Assembly: GCA_002316275.1 (NCBI GenBank)
Contig: DCDE01000013.1
Location: 2,973 to 66,972 of the forward strand
Reading direction: 5' to 3'
DNA: 64,000 bases
DNA from: a candidate division WOR-3 bacterium UBA1063
GTDB taxonomy: Bacteria; Hydrothermota; Hydrothermia; UBA1063
Shown here piece after piece: positions 20,338 through 29,884 of this stretch (positions are counted from its first letter, which is position 1; the number at the start of each line of letters is the position of its first letter). Below the pieces are notes generated by a model. That model saw only the letters and a program-made list of their open reading frames with translations. It searched no databases and was not told the origin of the DNA. The translations under genes and the position numbers were made by a program.

Positions 20338-20815
20338 TGGATACAACGTGATACACTCTCTTTCCTTATTTAAAAAGTTCCTTAATGAACCTGAAAACGG
20401 ACTTGAGCGTGCACGAGAACAACTTATAAGAGTCTGTAGTGAAAAGCTTGATAATTCTTTTATCGTAGTGTTTGATGGCAAAATGGGCAAATCTGAGAAT
20501 TATAGCAAATCCGTCATTTTTACGTCAGAGATAACCGATGCTGATACCGTGATACTTAGGCTTGTTGAGAAGTATGTGAAAAAAGGATCCATAGTAAAAA
20601 TATATACAAGAGATAGGAATTTAATAGATAGATGTAAATTGGGTGGGGCAATCAACGCGGACCCGGAAGAATTATTGGTAGCCAACCGTAGGAAACACAT
20701 TGCTGAAGGAAAAGAGAGGAATTTAGATAAAGAACTAAGACTACTTAAAAAATATAATTGGAGTAAGGAATTTGGTATAACCGGATTGGATGGTAATAAA
20801 AATGAAGGAATTTGA
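20318..20815 (+). CDS. NYN-domain protein, YacP/Rae1-like
   Basis: N-terminus MKIHIIDGYNVIHS plus VVFDG, typical of YacP-like NYN ribonucleases. Confidence 0.65.
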   Translation: MKIHIIDGYNVIHSLSLFKKFLNEPENGLERAREQLIRVCSEKLDNSFIVVFDGKMGKSENYSKSVIFTSEITDADTVILRLVEKYVKKGSIVKIYTRDRNLIDRCKLGGAINADPEELLVANRRKHIAEGKERNLDKELRLLKKYNWSKEFGITGLDGNKNEGI

Positions 20816-21437
20816 TGAACTATACGAGCTTGTGAAATACTTGCGATCTGAAAATGGCTGTCCATGGGACAGGCAGCAGACTTCGAAAACCATCGCTTTT
20901 GACTTAGTAGAGGAAGCCTACGAAGTTAATGATGCTATTGAAAAAAATGAGGTAGAAAAACTTAAGGAAGAGTTAGGTGATTTACTATTCTTGATTTTAA
21001 TGCACGTGTGCATTGAAGAGGAAAAAGGAGCCTTTACTTTAAATGATGTGATAGAGAGCGTCCGCAACAAGATGATCCTTAGGCATCCCCATGTTTTTAG
21101 ACAAAAGACCTTTGAAACCCTATCAGAACTCCTTGAGAATTGGGAGAGATCTAAAACCAATCCTTTGGAAACCATACCCGACTTTCTTCCCGCCCTTCTT
21201 ATGGGCCAAAAACTCGTTCAAAAACTGCAGCGATTGAATAAAGACGCGACCTGCGAGAACCTCTTAGATCAATATATTAACAAAAATGACATACCCCCTG
21301 AACTCTATGAAGCACTGCGAATTCTTACTAAATATACCTGTAAAGGACGAAACCTGGAAAAGGACCTACGAAGCTTAATCCTAAAACTGAAGAATGAAAT
21401 CGTGAAGAACTATAATGAGCCTATGGAGCAGAAATAG
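20802..21437 (+). CDS. mazG: nucleoside triphosphate pyrophosphohydrolase MazG
   Basis: ENGCPWDRQQT, EEAYEV and ELGDLLF motifs. ATG 20802 is preferred over 20790. Confidence 0.8.
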   Translation: MKEFDELYELVKYLRSENGCPWDRQQTSKTIAFDLVEEAYEVNDAIEKNEVEKLKEELGDLLFLILMHVCIEEEKGAFTLNDVIESVRNKMILRHPHVFRQKTFETLSELLENWERSKTNPLETIPDFLPALLMGQKLVQKLQRLNKDATCENLLDQYINKNDIPPELYEALRILTKYTCKGRNLEKDLRSLILKLKNEIVKNYNEPMEQK

Positions 21438-21479
21438 GACCTTCTTAACTTTCGAATAAGCAGTTTATAAGCTATTTGC

Positions 21480-21755
21480 TCAATATTTTTCCTCAAGCCT
21501 TTCGAGCTGAAATACCGTTGGATTAGCAGGGTCATAACAGCACAACTGAATTTTATACTCATTTGGACTATCACCAACTCTTCCACCGTATGATAAAACT
21601 CTTATCACAGGATAAAGAATGTTGAATGCAGCTGGACAAAGATTTGGAATGGTCCAGCCCTCGTACGTAAATTCATCGCCTATCCTATGCCCAAGAGGAC
21701 ATTTACCAGTCCCTTGGATTTCCACAACCCTTAAACGCACCTTATATTTTTCCAT
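21480..21755 (-). CDS. small Cys-rich protein, TIGR04076-like
   Basis: GKCPLGH...NLCPAAF...CCYDP pattern. ATG 21755 is preceded by AAGGAGG. The ORF-track start at 21797 overlaps the upstream gene. Confidence 0.55.
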   Translation of the reverse strand: MEKYKVRLRVVEIQGTGKCPLGHRIGDEFTYEGWTIPNLCPAAFNILYPVIRVLSYGGRVGDSPNEYKIQLCCYDPANPTVFQLERLEEKY

Positions 21756-21771
21756 CTGTCCCTCCTTAACT

Positions 21772-23358
21772 TTAATATTCAAAAGAACTGCCACCAATAA
21801 ACTCCCTCAAAATAGAGGTAGGTGGGATTTCGAAAGGCATAACCCCAATGAAATGGAAGAGAAAATTTAAAAGCCTCAAGGCTTCACTATAACTTTCCTC
21901 ATCGCACTTCGCAGACCGCAGCAGAGGCTCTGCATAATTCTTTAAAATTGCTAATTCATATGTAAGTGCACTATTAAACATTACATCAGCTTCTTCCTGG
22001 TATGGGAATATATAAATATCTTCACCGGCTGCAACTCTTGGCCACATAAGGATGGTGTCTGAAGCTGAGTGCCCTCTGTACCTAAAATCTCTTACCATCC
22101 TTCTTATTATCCTGGTGTCACGCGTGGGGATTCGGTTTAACCTATCTATATTTAGCTGCGTCAAGCATGAAACATAGACTTTATATTTATGTTTTTCTTC
22201 GATACCTACTGTTAACTCAGGATTAAGGGCGTGAATACCTTCAACAATAATAATATCTTTTCCGGTCAATTGCATCTCTTCCCTGATACCATCTCTTTTC
22301 CCCTTAATAAAATCAAATTTAGGAATAAGAACCTTCTCACCTTCAATAAGTTTTCTGATATGATCCCTAAAAAGCATATAATCTATAGCATAAAAGCTTT
22401 CATAATCAGGCATGCCATCTTTATTAACCGGAGTCTTTTCTCTATTAACAAAATAGTCATCGACCGAAATGGTCTTGGGTGTCAAGCCGTTTACAATAAG
22501 CTGAGTTTTAAGCCTCTTTGAAAAGGTCGTTTTACCTGAGGATGAGGGTCCTGCTATAAGAACAATTTTGACGGTACTCCTTCTTGTAATACTATCAGCT
22601 ATCTGTGCAGTCTTTTTCTCGTGAAAGCCCTCCTGAATCTTTATCAAATCTGATATTCTTCCTGACTCAATAGCCTCATTAAGATGTCCAACATCCTCTA
22701 TTTCAAGAATTTCAGCCCAAGTTTTCGATTCCTGAAAGGTTTCAAAGAGTTTATCTCGTTTAACCGGCTTTGCCAATTGATGCGGATCCTTAACGTCGGG
22801 TAGAAATATAAGAAAACCATGGTTATATGGCTTGACATCAAAGATCTGAATAAAGCTCGTATCAGGAACAAGAGGACCTGCCATATATGCCATATAATTA
22901 GCAATTCTGTAAAAAGTAAATATATCTTTTGCCATATATTCGACCAACCTTTCCTGGTGATAGCGTTTCTCCTCTCGCAAGTACCTTATAGCTTCCTGCT
23001 TAGTAAAATCAACAGTTTCAATGGGCACTCCAGTATTTGATAATTCGTGCAGGCCCCTTTCAATTATCTCTACAGCATTTGTAGAATCTAATCCCACAGC
23101 CTCACCATACAGCGCCTCTCCCAGTGAATGTTCCATCTTCATAGAGTTCTTATAGCCGGCCCGTGACAATAGATAATCGCTTAAAAAAGCTATTGTCCTT
23201 TCATAAGTTCTCCTGCCTTCTCCATCTGTGACTGACAAAAGTCTAACATTATTACTTTCAGGGAACTCCGAATTAAATCCCACGAGCTGATTATCAATTA
23301 TACATGCCGTATACGGATAGCGCGCTCTATTAACGATATCCCAAACTCTTTTTCTCAT
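21772..23358 (-). CDS. two-domain P-loop nucleoside (uridine-type) kinase-like protein
   Basis: P-loop IAGPSSSGKTTF in the C-terminal half. About 270-aa N-terminal domain is unassigned. ATG 23358 (MRKRVWD...) is chosen because the longer ORF runs into mutL. Confidence 0.6.
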   Translation of the reverse strand: MRKRVWDIVNRARYPYTACIIDNQLVGFNSEFPESNNVRLLSVTDGEGRRTYERTIAFLSDYLLSRAGYKNSMKMEHSLGEALYGEAVGLDSTNAVEIIERGLHELSNTGVPIETVDFTKQEAIRYLREEKRYHQERLVEYMAKDIFTFYRIANYMAYMAGPLVPDTSFIQIFDVKPYNHGFLIFLPDVKDPHQLAKPVKRDKLFETFQESKTWAEILEIEDVGHLNEAIESGRISDLIKIQEGFHEKKTAQIADSITRRSTVKIVLIAGPSSSGKTTFSKRLKTQLIVNGLTPKTISVDDYFVNREKTPVNKDGMPDYESFYAIDYMLFRDHIRKLIEGEKVLIPKFDFIKGKRDGIREEMQLTGKDIIIVEGIHALNPELTVGIEEKHKYKVYVSCLTQLNIDRLNRIPTRDTRIIRRMVRDFRYRGHSASDTILMWPRVAAGEDIYIFPYQEEADVMFNSALTYELAILKNYAEPLLRSAKCDEESYSEALRLLNFLFHFIGVMPFEIPPTSILREFIGGSSFEY

Positions 23359-23365
23359 TTTCCAC

Positions 23366-25048
23366 CTACCTTGCAAACTTAGATGCCAACTCTTCGAGGG
23401 AGATAAAGTATATAGTAGGTCTCCCATGTGGGCAATGGAATGGGGCCTCCGTTGTAAATAATTCGTCAACGAGCTCTGCCATCTCCTCTTTTGAAAGAGG
23501 ATCCCCAAATTTTACTGCAGCTTTACAAGCCACGGTCTTCAGGAATGTATCGAGTTGGTTAGGCAAACCTGAAGAGTCCTCCAGGGAATCAATTAAATCC
23601 TTTAGCTCTTCGCGCGAAACCCTTTTTAATATAGAGGGTACCTTATCAACAACAAGTGAGCTTTCACTAAGGAAACGAAACTCAAAACCAAAGGATGAAA
23701 ATATCTCTGAATACTCAGTGAATAACTCTCTCTCACGACTTGACAATTCAAGAAGGACAGGAAACATCAAGCCCTGATTAGAAAACTTTTTCTTCTTCAA
23801 TTTATCATAAATAACCCGTTCGTGCGCAGCATGTTGATCTATGATCATAACCCCACTTGCAGTCTGGACTAATATATAACTATTATGAGCTTGCCATATT
23901 CCAGGAACCGGATGCTTCTCCTCTTCCCGATCTAGAGTTTTATAAGCCGATAGATCTGATATTTCACCAAACTCAAGCTGTTTTGTGATTTGGCTTGTCG
24001 TCTTGTCGTTTACCAATTTAAGTGGTACTTGGAAAACATTTTCAATTGAAGAACCAAGGTCATGCTGATATTTTGCAATTCTTTCGCTGACTACTCTAAA
24101 GATCTTTTCGTTGAGCCTTACGTACGGTGCAATTTTTACCTCCCTCTTTTGCGGATGTATGTTAAAATCCACAAACTCAGGTTTAACTTGAATTCTAATA
24201 ATAAACGAAGGGTGCTGCCGTGGATGATCGTAAGCCCTGTAAAACACTTTTCTAATCTGATCTTTTTTCACCTTTCTACCGTTAATAAGAACTATTTGCT
24301 CGGCCATTTTATTGGAGAGTCTATCTGGTTTTTCACAGAAACCAGTTACTTCAACGTAATCATCTCCATAACTAAAAAACAACAATCTTTCAATAAAATC
24401 GCGCCCATATATCGCCATCACGGTGCTTGCAAAATCCCCTTTCGGAAGGTCTAATTTCTTCCTTTCGTCATCATACAACACAAACTCTACACCATTATGC
24501 CATAGCGCATATGATATTACTTCAGAGAAAACATATTTTCCCTCTTCTCTCTTAGACATCAAGAACTTTCTTCGGACAGGCACGTTAAAGAAAAGGTCGC
24601 GCACAATTACCGAAGTCCCCTTCTTATGGGGTGTAGGCTTACAGTCTTTGAGTTTACCGGCTTCAAATTCACATTCCCAACCATTCTCAATGGACTCATC
24701 CTGGCATGATTTTATCGTTAGCTGCGAAACCTGTGAAATAGCATATAAAGCCTCGCCACGGAACCCAAGGGTATTGAGATTTTTCAAATCGTCGAATGAA
24801 GTTATCTTACTTGTGGTAAAATGTTGAACTGCTAATGTAATTTCTTCTTTAGATAATCCACAACCATTGTCAACAACTTCTATTGAGTCAATCCCTCCTC
24901 CTGTTATTCGGATAACAATGGAATCTGCTCCTGCATCCAGACTGTTTTCAATTAGTTCTCTAACACAGGAAGCCGGATTCTCGATCACTTCCCCCGCTGA
25001 AATCTTTTTTATTACATCATCACTTAATCTCTTTATCACCCTTACCAC
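23366..25048 (-). CDS. mutL: DNA mismatch repair protein MutL
   Basis: GHKL ATPase N-terminus ISAGEVIENPASCVRELIENSLDAGA. C-terminal FHCPHGRPT. Confidence 0.9.
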   Translation of the reverse strand: MVRVIKRLSDDVIKKISAGEVIENPASCVRELIENSLDAGADSIVIRITGGGIDSIEVVDNGCGLSKEEITLAVQHFTTSKITSFDDLKNLNTLGFRGEALYAISQVSQLTIKSCQDESIENGWECEFEAGKLKDCKPTPHKKGTSVIVRDLFFNVPVRRKFLMSKREEGKYVFSEVISYALWHNGVEFVLYDDERKKLDLPKGDFASTVMAIYGRDFIERLLFFSYGDDYVEVTGFCEKPDRLSNKMAEQIVLINGRKVKKDQIRKVFYRAYDHPRQHPSFIIRIQVKPEFVDFNIHPQKREVKIAPYVRLNEKIFRVVSERIAKYQHDLGSSIENVFQVPLKLVNDKTTSQITKQLEFGEISDLSAYKTLDREEEKHPVPGIWQAHNSYILVQTASGVMIIDQHAAHERVIYDKLKKKKFSNQGLMFPVLLELSSRERELFTEYSEIFSSFGFEFRFLSESSLVVDKVPSILKRVSREELKDLIDSLEDSSGLPNQLDTFLKTVACKAAVKFGDPLSKEEMAELVDELFTTEAPFHCPHGRPTIYFISLEELASKFAR

Positions 25049-25988
25049 CTAATACGCTGTCAATTATGCTTTTAGTATTAAACCCAAATTTTCTTAACTT
25101 TATTGTCAAAACTATGGTTTCTATCGTAGACACAGTTAAAGCTTTCTCCTTTACAGGTAGTCTTACAAAGTTGACTTTTTTTTGAAGCAGCTCGCCCTTT
25201 TCCAGCATACCCCTTTCATTCCTTGACTTATCGTTACCTTCCATAAGTTCAACGACCACAGACAATGTCGTTTTGTCCCTAACCCTCCCAGGCCCATAAG
25301 TCATCAAAAGATCGATAATTCCAGCCCCTCGCAATTCAAGAAAATATCGAAATTTCCTCTCGGGAGTCCCCGATGTAAGAGTTAGAGTTCCAAAAGGGAA
25401 AGAGATTACTTTAATTAAATCATCGGCAACAAAGGAATGCCCACGTCGCATCAATTCAAGCACGATCTCAGATTTACCGGAGCCGGACGGCCCTGTGATT
25501 AACACACCTTCTCCAAACACCTCTGCAGCACTTCCATGCAGCAATGCAAAAGGAGAAAATTTGAATGAAAGATATGAATTTAAAGTAGACCAGAAATTTG
25601 TAATTGGTACATCAGAACACAAGATTGGGACCCTCGAAGACAGTCTTTCCAAGAGTAAAGGAAGCTCCCCTCTGATACCTTCAGTAATTACAATTCCGCC
25701 CAGTTGTGACCAATCCACTGCGTCAATTTTTGACTCAAAGTCCTGGGGAGGAATTCCCTTTAAGTTTTGTATTTCTTCCTTAGAAATTACATACAGCTTT
25801 CCTCTCGAATTTAAACCACATGATGACAAAACACAAGAGAAACTTCCCACGCGTTGATTTAGTATCTTCGTAGATTGAAACTCCTCTTTCTCGTTAACAA
25901 AAGAAAGCCTCAGTTCTTCACCTATTTCTTTAAAAAGAGTTGAAATAAGAATGTAATCAGGCTCTTCTATCTTTAAGCTTTTTCTCAT
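25020..25988 (-). CDS. hprK: HPr kinase/phosphorylase
   Basis: Walker A GPSGSGKSE and signature LELRGAGIID. Confidence 0.85.
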   Translation of the reverse strand: MRKSLKIEEPDYILISTLFKEIGEELRLSFVNEKEEFQSTKILNQRVGSFSCVLSSCGLNSRGKLYVISKEEIQNLKGIPPQDFESKIDAVDWSQLGGIVITEGIRGELPLLLERLSSRVPILCSDVPITNFWSTLNSYLSFKFSPFALLHGSAAEVFGEGVLITGPSGSGKSEIVLELMRRGHSFVADDLIKVISFPFGTLTLTSGTPERKFRYFLELRGAGIIDLLMTYGPGRVRDKTTLSVVVELMEGNDKSRNERGMLEKGELLQKKVNFVRLPVKEKALTVSTIETIVLTIKLRKFGFNTKSIIDSVLGGKGDKEIK

Positions 25989-26250
25989 ATTTAACCAGCT
26001 GCTGTTTAATGCGATCCTTTAATGCATCAATTAAAATATAAGGGTCCTTTTCTGTAGACTTTGCTGTAAGGGTCTGACCCTTTACTTTTACAACTAATGT
26101 TCCCGAATACATACTTCTTTGCTCCTCCATTGTAAGATCAGCACTGATAATATATTCTTCAAACTTGTTCAGAACTTTCATTCTTTTATCTATGTACTCT
26201 TTCAGTGCACCAGTGATTTCAAAGTTTTTCACGGTTATATTTACGTTCAT
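25957..26250 (-). CDS. hpf: ribosome hibernation promoting factor (short HPF/RaiA type)
   Basis: 97 aa. MNVNITVKNFEITGALKEYIDKRM N-terminus. SD AAGGAGG upstream. Confidence 0.8.
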   Translation of the reverse strand: MNVNITVKNFEITGALKEYIDKRMKVLNKFEEYIISADLTMEEQRSMYSGTLVVKVKGQTLTAKSTEKDPYILIDALKDRIKQQLVKYEKKLKDRRA

Positions 26251-26279
26251 CTAAACCTCCTTTAGGTTGCATAAAGAGT

Positions 26280-28208
26280 TTATTCCCTCCCACTTAAAAT
26301 ATCAAAGATATCCCTTCCAACAGACTCCGGCGCAAGGTTATACATCCCATAAAGTTCCTCTGATGCCCCGGATTTAGCGTAACCAGAAAGGCCAAATTTA
26401 TAAAGCTCAACTGGTATTTTGCTGGAAAGATAAAAATCCGCAAGGATTGCGCCGAGACCTGTATTTATATTGTGATCTTCATATACAAATATGGGCTTAC
26501 TTACGATATATTTACTCCTTAGGACGCCACTATCCAAGTAAAAAGGCGACGAAACGTTAATAACGTTAACGTAAATCCCGTATTCAGTCAAATAATTGTA
26601 AACTTCAATAGCTTTGTAACAAGTTGCGCCATATGCAATAATAGAACCAGCATCGCCACGTCTTAAAACATCTGATGATCCATACTCAAACTCGTAATGC
26701 TCTTCAAAGAATGGCTTTCCCTCAATATCTGCTAATATCGGCCAGTTTGAGCGACCAACAGCTAAAACATAGTTGCCATAATTAGACATTATATAATTAA
26801 AAGCCTTCTGCGCCTGATTAGCATCAGCTGGAATTATCAGTTTATATGAAAAAAGATTTCTCAAAACTCCAATATAATCGATGCAATGATGAGTCTTACC
26901 ATCTTCACCAACATCGATACCAATATGGGAAATTAAAAGTTTTAAGTTCGTGTAATTGATATCATTGAGCCTATGTTGATTATAAGTTTCGTCAACACCA
27001 AAAACACCAAAGTCTCCAAATACAGAAATTATGCCGTTAATACTTAGAGCTCCGGCGACTGTTGCTGTGGAGTGTTCCTGTACACCGTTTTCAAAGAAAT
27101 TAGAAGCAAATTCTTTCTTAAATTCGAGAAATCTTAATGATTCAGCGAGGTCACAATCAAAAACTGCAATTGGGGAACCCTTATCAGAACTAAGGTTTGC
27201 CCTACCCCAACGGGTGAGTTGATTGCCCACAGCAACTCTCGTTGCAACTTCTTCATCCACTGAGTGAACAACTGTCTTTGGGATTGAAACTATTGGATGA
27301 TGTACAAGATTCCTCTTGAATACTGGGAAAGCAGCTTTATTTCTTTTTTCAATATAAAAATCAAGGTCATCTTCAATACCCAGTTCCATCAATGCTCTCC
27401 TACACTCTTCCTTGCTAAGCGGCTTCCCGTGGTAGGCTTCAACATTTTCCATGAAAGAAACGCCCTTACCCATTATAGTATGTGCAAGAATACACACAGG
27501 AGAATCTACATTCTCTACTGCTTCCCGAATAGCTCTATAGATTTGCGAGTAGTCATGTCCGTTAATTTCGATTACCTTCCATCCGTCGGATTCATAATTT
27601 TGTTTAATGTTAACTGGCATTACCTCTTGAACGTTACCAGAGATCTGTTTATTGTTATAATCAATCAAGATGGTAATATTGTTCAATTCATACTTCTTTG
27701 CAATTCTGCGGGATTCAGCTACCTGCCCTTTTGCCTGCTCCGCATCACTCATTATAACAAAAACATGATTATCTCTTTTTAAAATTTTTGACGCAAGAGC
27801 AAATCCGACTCCTGCTGACAGGCCCTGTCCAAGATTACCTGTCGTCCACTCCACTCCGGGGATTTCCCTTTCTACATGACCTTCAAAAGGAGAACCAGCC
27901 TTCCGGAAATATGCAATTGCATCATCCACGTCAAAAAAACCTAATCTTCCAAGAACAGCGTATACTCCCGGTGATGTATGGCCATGGGAAACTACAATCC
28001 TATCTCTCCCATCCCAATCAGGCTCATCCGGCCTGACTTGGGCGAACTTCCAAACCACTAAATATAAGTCACACGATGACATTGACCCTCCGGGGTGCCC
28101 AGACCTGGCGACAGTAGTCATTTTTAATATATCCCCTCTTACAAGTCTCCCAAGAACTTTGAATTCTTGAAGTTCTTCAGCTGTTAACTGCGGGTTTACA
28201 AATGACAT
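26280..28208 (-). CDS. tkt: transketolase
   Basis: ThDP-binding SGHPGGSMS region and full-length homology pattern. ATG 28208 is preceded by AAGGAG. The TTG at 28226 is less likely. Confidence 0.9.
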   Translation of the reverse strand: MSFVNPQLTAEELQEFKVLGRLVRGDILKMTTVARSGHPGGSMSSCDLYLVVWKFAQVRPDEPDWDGRDRIVVSHGHTSPGVYAVLGRLGFFDVDDAIAYFRKAGSPFEGHVEREIPGVEWTTGNLGQGLSAGVGFALASKILKRDNHVFVIMSDAEQAKGQVAESRRIAKKYELNNITILIDYNNKQISGNVQEVMPVNIKQNYESDGWKVIEINGHDYSQIYRAIREAVENVDSPVCILAHTIMGKGVSFMENVEAYHGKPLSKEECRRALMELGIEDDLDFYIEKRNKAAFPVFKRNLVHHPIVSIPKTVVHSVDEEVATRVAVGNQLTRWGRANLSSDKGSPIAVFDCDLAESLRFLEFKKEFASNFFENGVQEHSTATVAGALSINGIISVFGDFGVFGVDETYNQHRLNDINYTNLKLLISHIGIDVGEDGKTHHCIDYIGVLRNLFSYKLIIPADANQAQKAFNYIMSNYGNYVLAVGRSNWPILADIEGKPFFEEHYEFEYGSSDVLRRGDAGSIIAYGATCYKAIEVYNYLTEYGIYVNVINVSSPFYLDSGVLRSKYIVSKPIFVYEDHNINTGLGAILADFYLSSKIPVELYKFGLSGYAKSGASEELYGMYNLAPESVGRDIFDILSGRE

Positions 28209-28337
28209 AACTACTCCTTTAGACAATATTATAAACCAGTGAACTAAGAAAAGAAAAGTACAAAGCCTTGCGTAAATCCTTAATAATTATCGTCAGCACC
28301 TTATATAATCTTATTAATAGCAGAAAAACAAGCTCAC

Positions 28338-28366
28338 TTGACTATATAAAAGGAAAGCCTTATACA
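28338..28366 (+). promoter_or_regulatory. promoter candidate TTGACT-17-TATACA; DUF948 ATG 6 nt downstream (leaderless)
   Basis: TTGACT atataaaaggaaagcct TATACA ataaat ATG(28373). Confidence 0.4.
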
Positions 28367-28372
28367 ATAAAT

Positions 28373-28693
28373 ATGACTACACTTATATATATATTAGTTT
28401 CGATTGCGTTAATAGTGCTAATATGTGTGTTTGTATACTTATTCATCATACTACTTCAACTTAATCAGAGCCTTAGAAAATTTAACACCCTATTAGATTC
28501 AGCTAATGCCCAGCTCCCGGAAATTATGGAAAATATTAGAATCGTGACACTAAAAGCAAAACTAATAAGTTCCAATGCAGAAAAGGGCTTCAAACAGCTT
28601 TCAAGGGCAGCCTCTTTCCTTTTCCCGTTTCCTTCGTTCTTAAAAATGTTTCGAGGCTTATTCAGAAAAAACAAGGAGGAAAAAAATGAGTGA
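28373..28693 (+). CDS. DUF948 (YtxG-like) membrane protein
   Basis: Single N-terminal TM segment (LIYILVSIALIVLICVFVYLFIILL) followed by a helical region. A promoter-like element ends 6 nt before ATG 28373. Confidence 0.55.
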   Translation: MTTLIYILVSIALIVLICVFVYLFIILLQLNQSLRKFNTLLDSANAQLPEIMENIRIVTLKAKLISSNAEKGFKQLSRAASFLFPFPSFLKMFRGLFRKNKEEKNE

Positions 28694-28862
28694 AAAAAAA
28701 GAATGTGAGATGCTCCCATTCATTGGGGGTATAGTTGTAGGAGCACTGTTAGCCCTTGTTCTTACTCCAAATACAGGCAAGGAAAATCGCGAAAAAATTA
28801 AATCATACGCGAAGCAAGTATCCCAAAATATAAAAAAGAAAATGGGAGAAGAAAAATCTTAG
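28686..28862 (+). CDS. YtxH-like small membrane protein (58 aa, not in ORF track)
   Basis: Translated by hand: MSEKKECEMLPFIGGIVVGALLALVLTPNTGKENREKIKSYAKQVSQNIKKKMGEEKS. Strong SD AAGGAGG lies 6 nt upstream. The G-rich TM plus TGKENR matches the YtxH pattern. Confidence 0.6.
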   Translation: MSEKKECEMLPFIGGIVVGALLALVLTPNTGKENREKIKSYAKQVSQNIKKKMGEEKS

Positions 28863-28888
28863 ATTTCTAATATAAAAGGAGGATTCTC

Positions 28889-29884
28889 ATGGGTGCAAAA
28901 GTTGGAATAAATGGGTTTGGACGTATTGGCCGTCAAATTTTGAAAATAGGGTTTGAGAGAAAAGATATTGAGTTCGTGGCTGTAAACGACCTCGCCGACC
29001 CCGAGACGCTAGCAATACTTCTCAAATACGATTCTGTGTTCGGACGGTACCCCAAGGAAGTTCGTGTTGAAGGAGATTATTTAATTGTAGACTCCAAAAA
29101 AATTAGAGTGTTCAAAGAAAAAGACCCTGCAAATATACCATGGCATGAACTTGGAACCGAAATAGTAGTCGAGTCTACAGGTCTTTTTACTAGCAAAGAT
29201 AAGGCAGGTGTACATTTAAAAGGCTCTGTCAAGAAGGTTATTCTGTCCGCCCCTGCAAAGGGAGAAATCGATGCAACAATAGTAATGGGCGTAAATGAAA
29301 ACATATATGACCCCGCAAGGCACCATATTATCTCAAATGCATCATGCACAACCAATGCCTTTGCCCATATAGTTAAAGTTCTACATGATAACTTCAGAAT
29401 CAAGCGTGGAGTTATGACCACAGTACATGCATATACTAATGACCAGAAAATCCTCGATCAGCCCCACAAAGATGTTAGAAGGGCACGCGCGGCAGCTCTT
29501 TCAATTATCCCTACTTCTACAGGGGCTGCAAAAACTATATTCGAAATCTATCCAGAGTTACAGGGGAAGATTAAGGCACACGCCTTACGTGTACCTGTTT
29601 CAGATGTTTCTATTGTAGACTTTGCATGTGAAGTAGATAAGCCTACTTCTCTCGAATCAGTAAACGAGGCATTCAAAAAAGCCCAATCGAAATACGTCAT
29701 GTATTGTGAGGAACCATTAGTTTCAATCGATTTTGTTGGTGACACCCATTCGGTAATATTTGACGCATCACTAACACAAGTTGTCGATGATACGCTTGTG
29801 AAAGTATATGGATGGTATGATAACGAATGGGGATATTCGACGAGGTTAGTTGATTTAGTTGAATTTGTGGCACAAAAATTATGA
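28889..29884 (+). CDS. gap: glyceraldehyde-3-phosphate dehydrogenase
   Basis: NGFGRIGR and active-site SNASCTTN. SD AAGGAGG upstream. Confidence 0.93.
   Translation: MGAKVGINGFGRIGRQILKIGFERKDIEFVAVNDLADPETLAILLKYDSVFGRYPKEVRVEGDYLIVDSKKIRVFKEKDPANIPWHELGTEIVVESTGLFTSKDKAGVHLKGSVKKVILSAPAKGEIDATIVMGVNENIYDPARHHIISNASCTTNAFAHIVKVLHDNFRIKRGVMTTVHAYTNDQKILDQPHKDVRRARAAALSIIPTSTGAAKTIFEIYPELQGKIKAHALRVPVSDVSIVDFACEVDKPTSLESVNEAFKKAQSKYVMYCEEPLVSIDFVGDTHSVIFDASLTQVVDDTLVKVYGWYDNEWGYSTRLVDLVEFVAQKL

Noticed and set aside
20318-21437. The NYN-domain protein plus MazG as a toxin-antitoxin-like pair.
   Set aside because: MazG is a housekeeping NTP pyrophosphohydrolase, not MazE/MazF. YacP-type NYN proteins are conserved ribosome-associated RNases. 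No small antitoxin-like partner is present.
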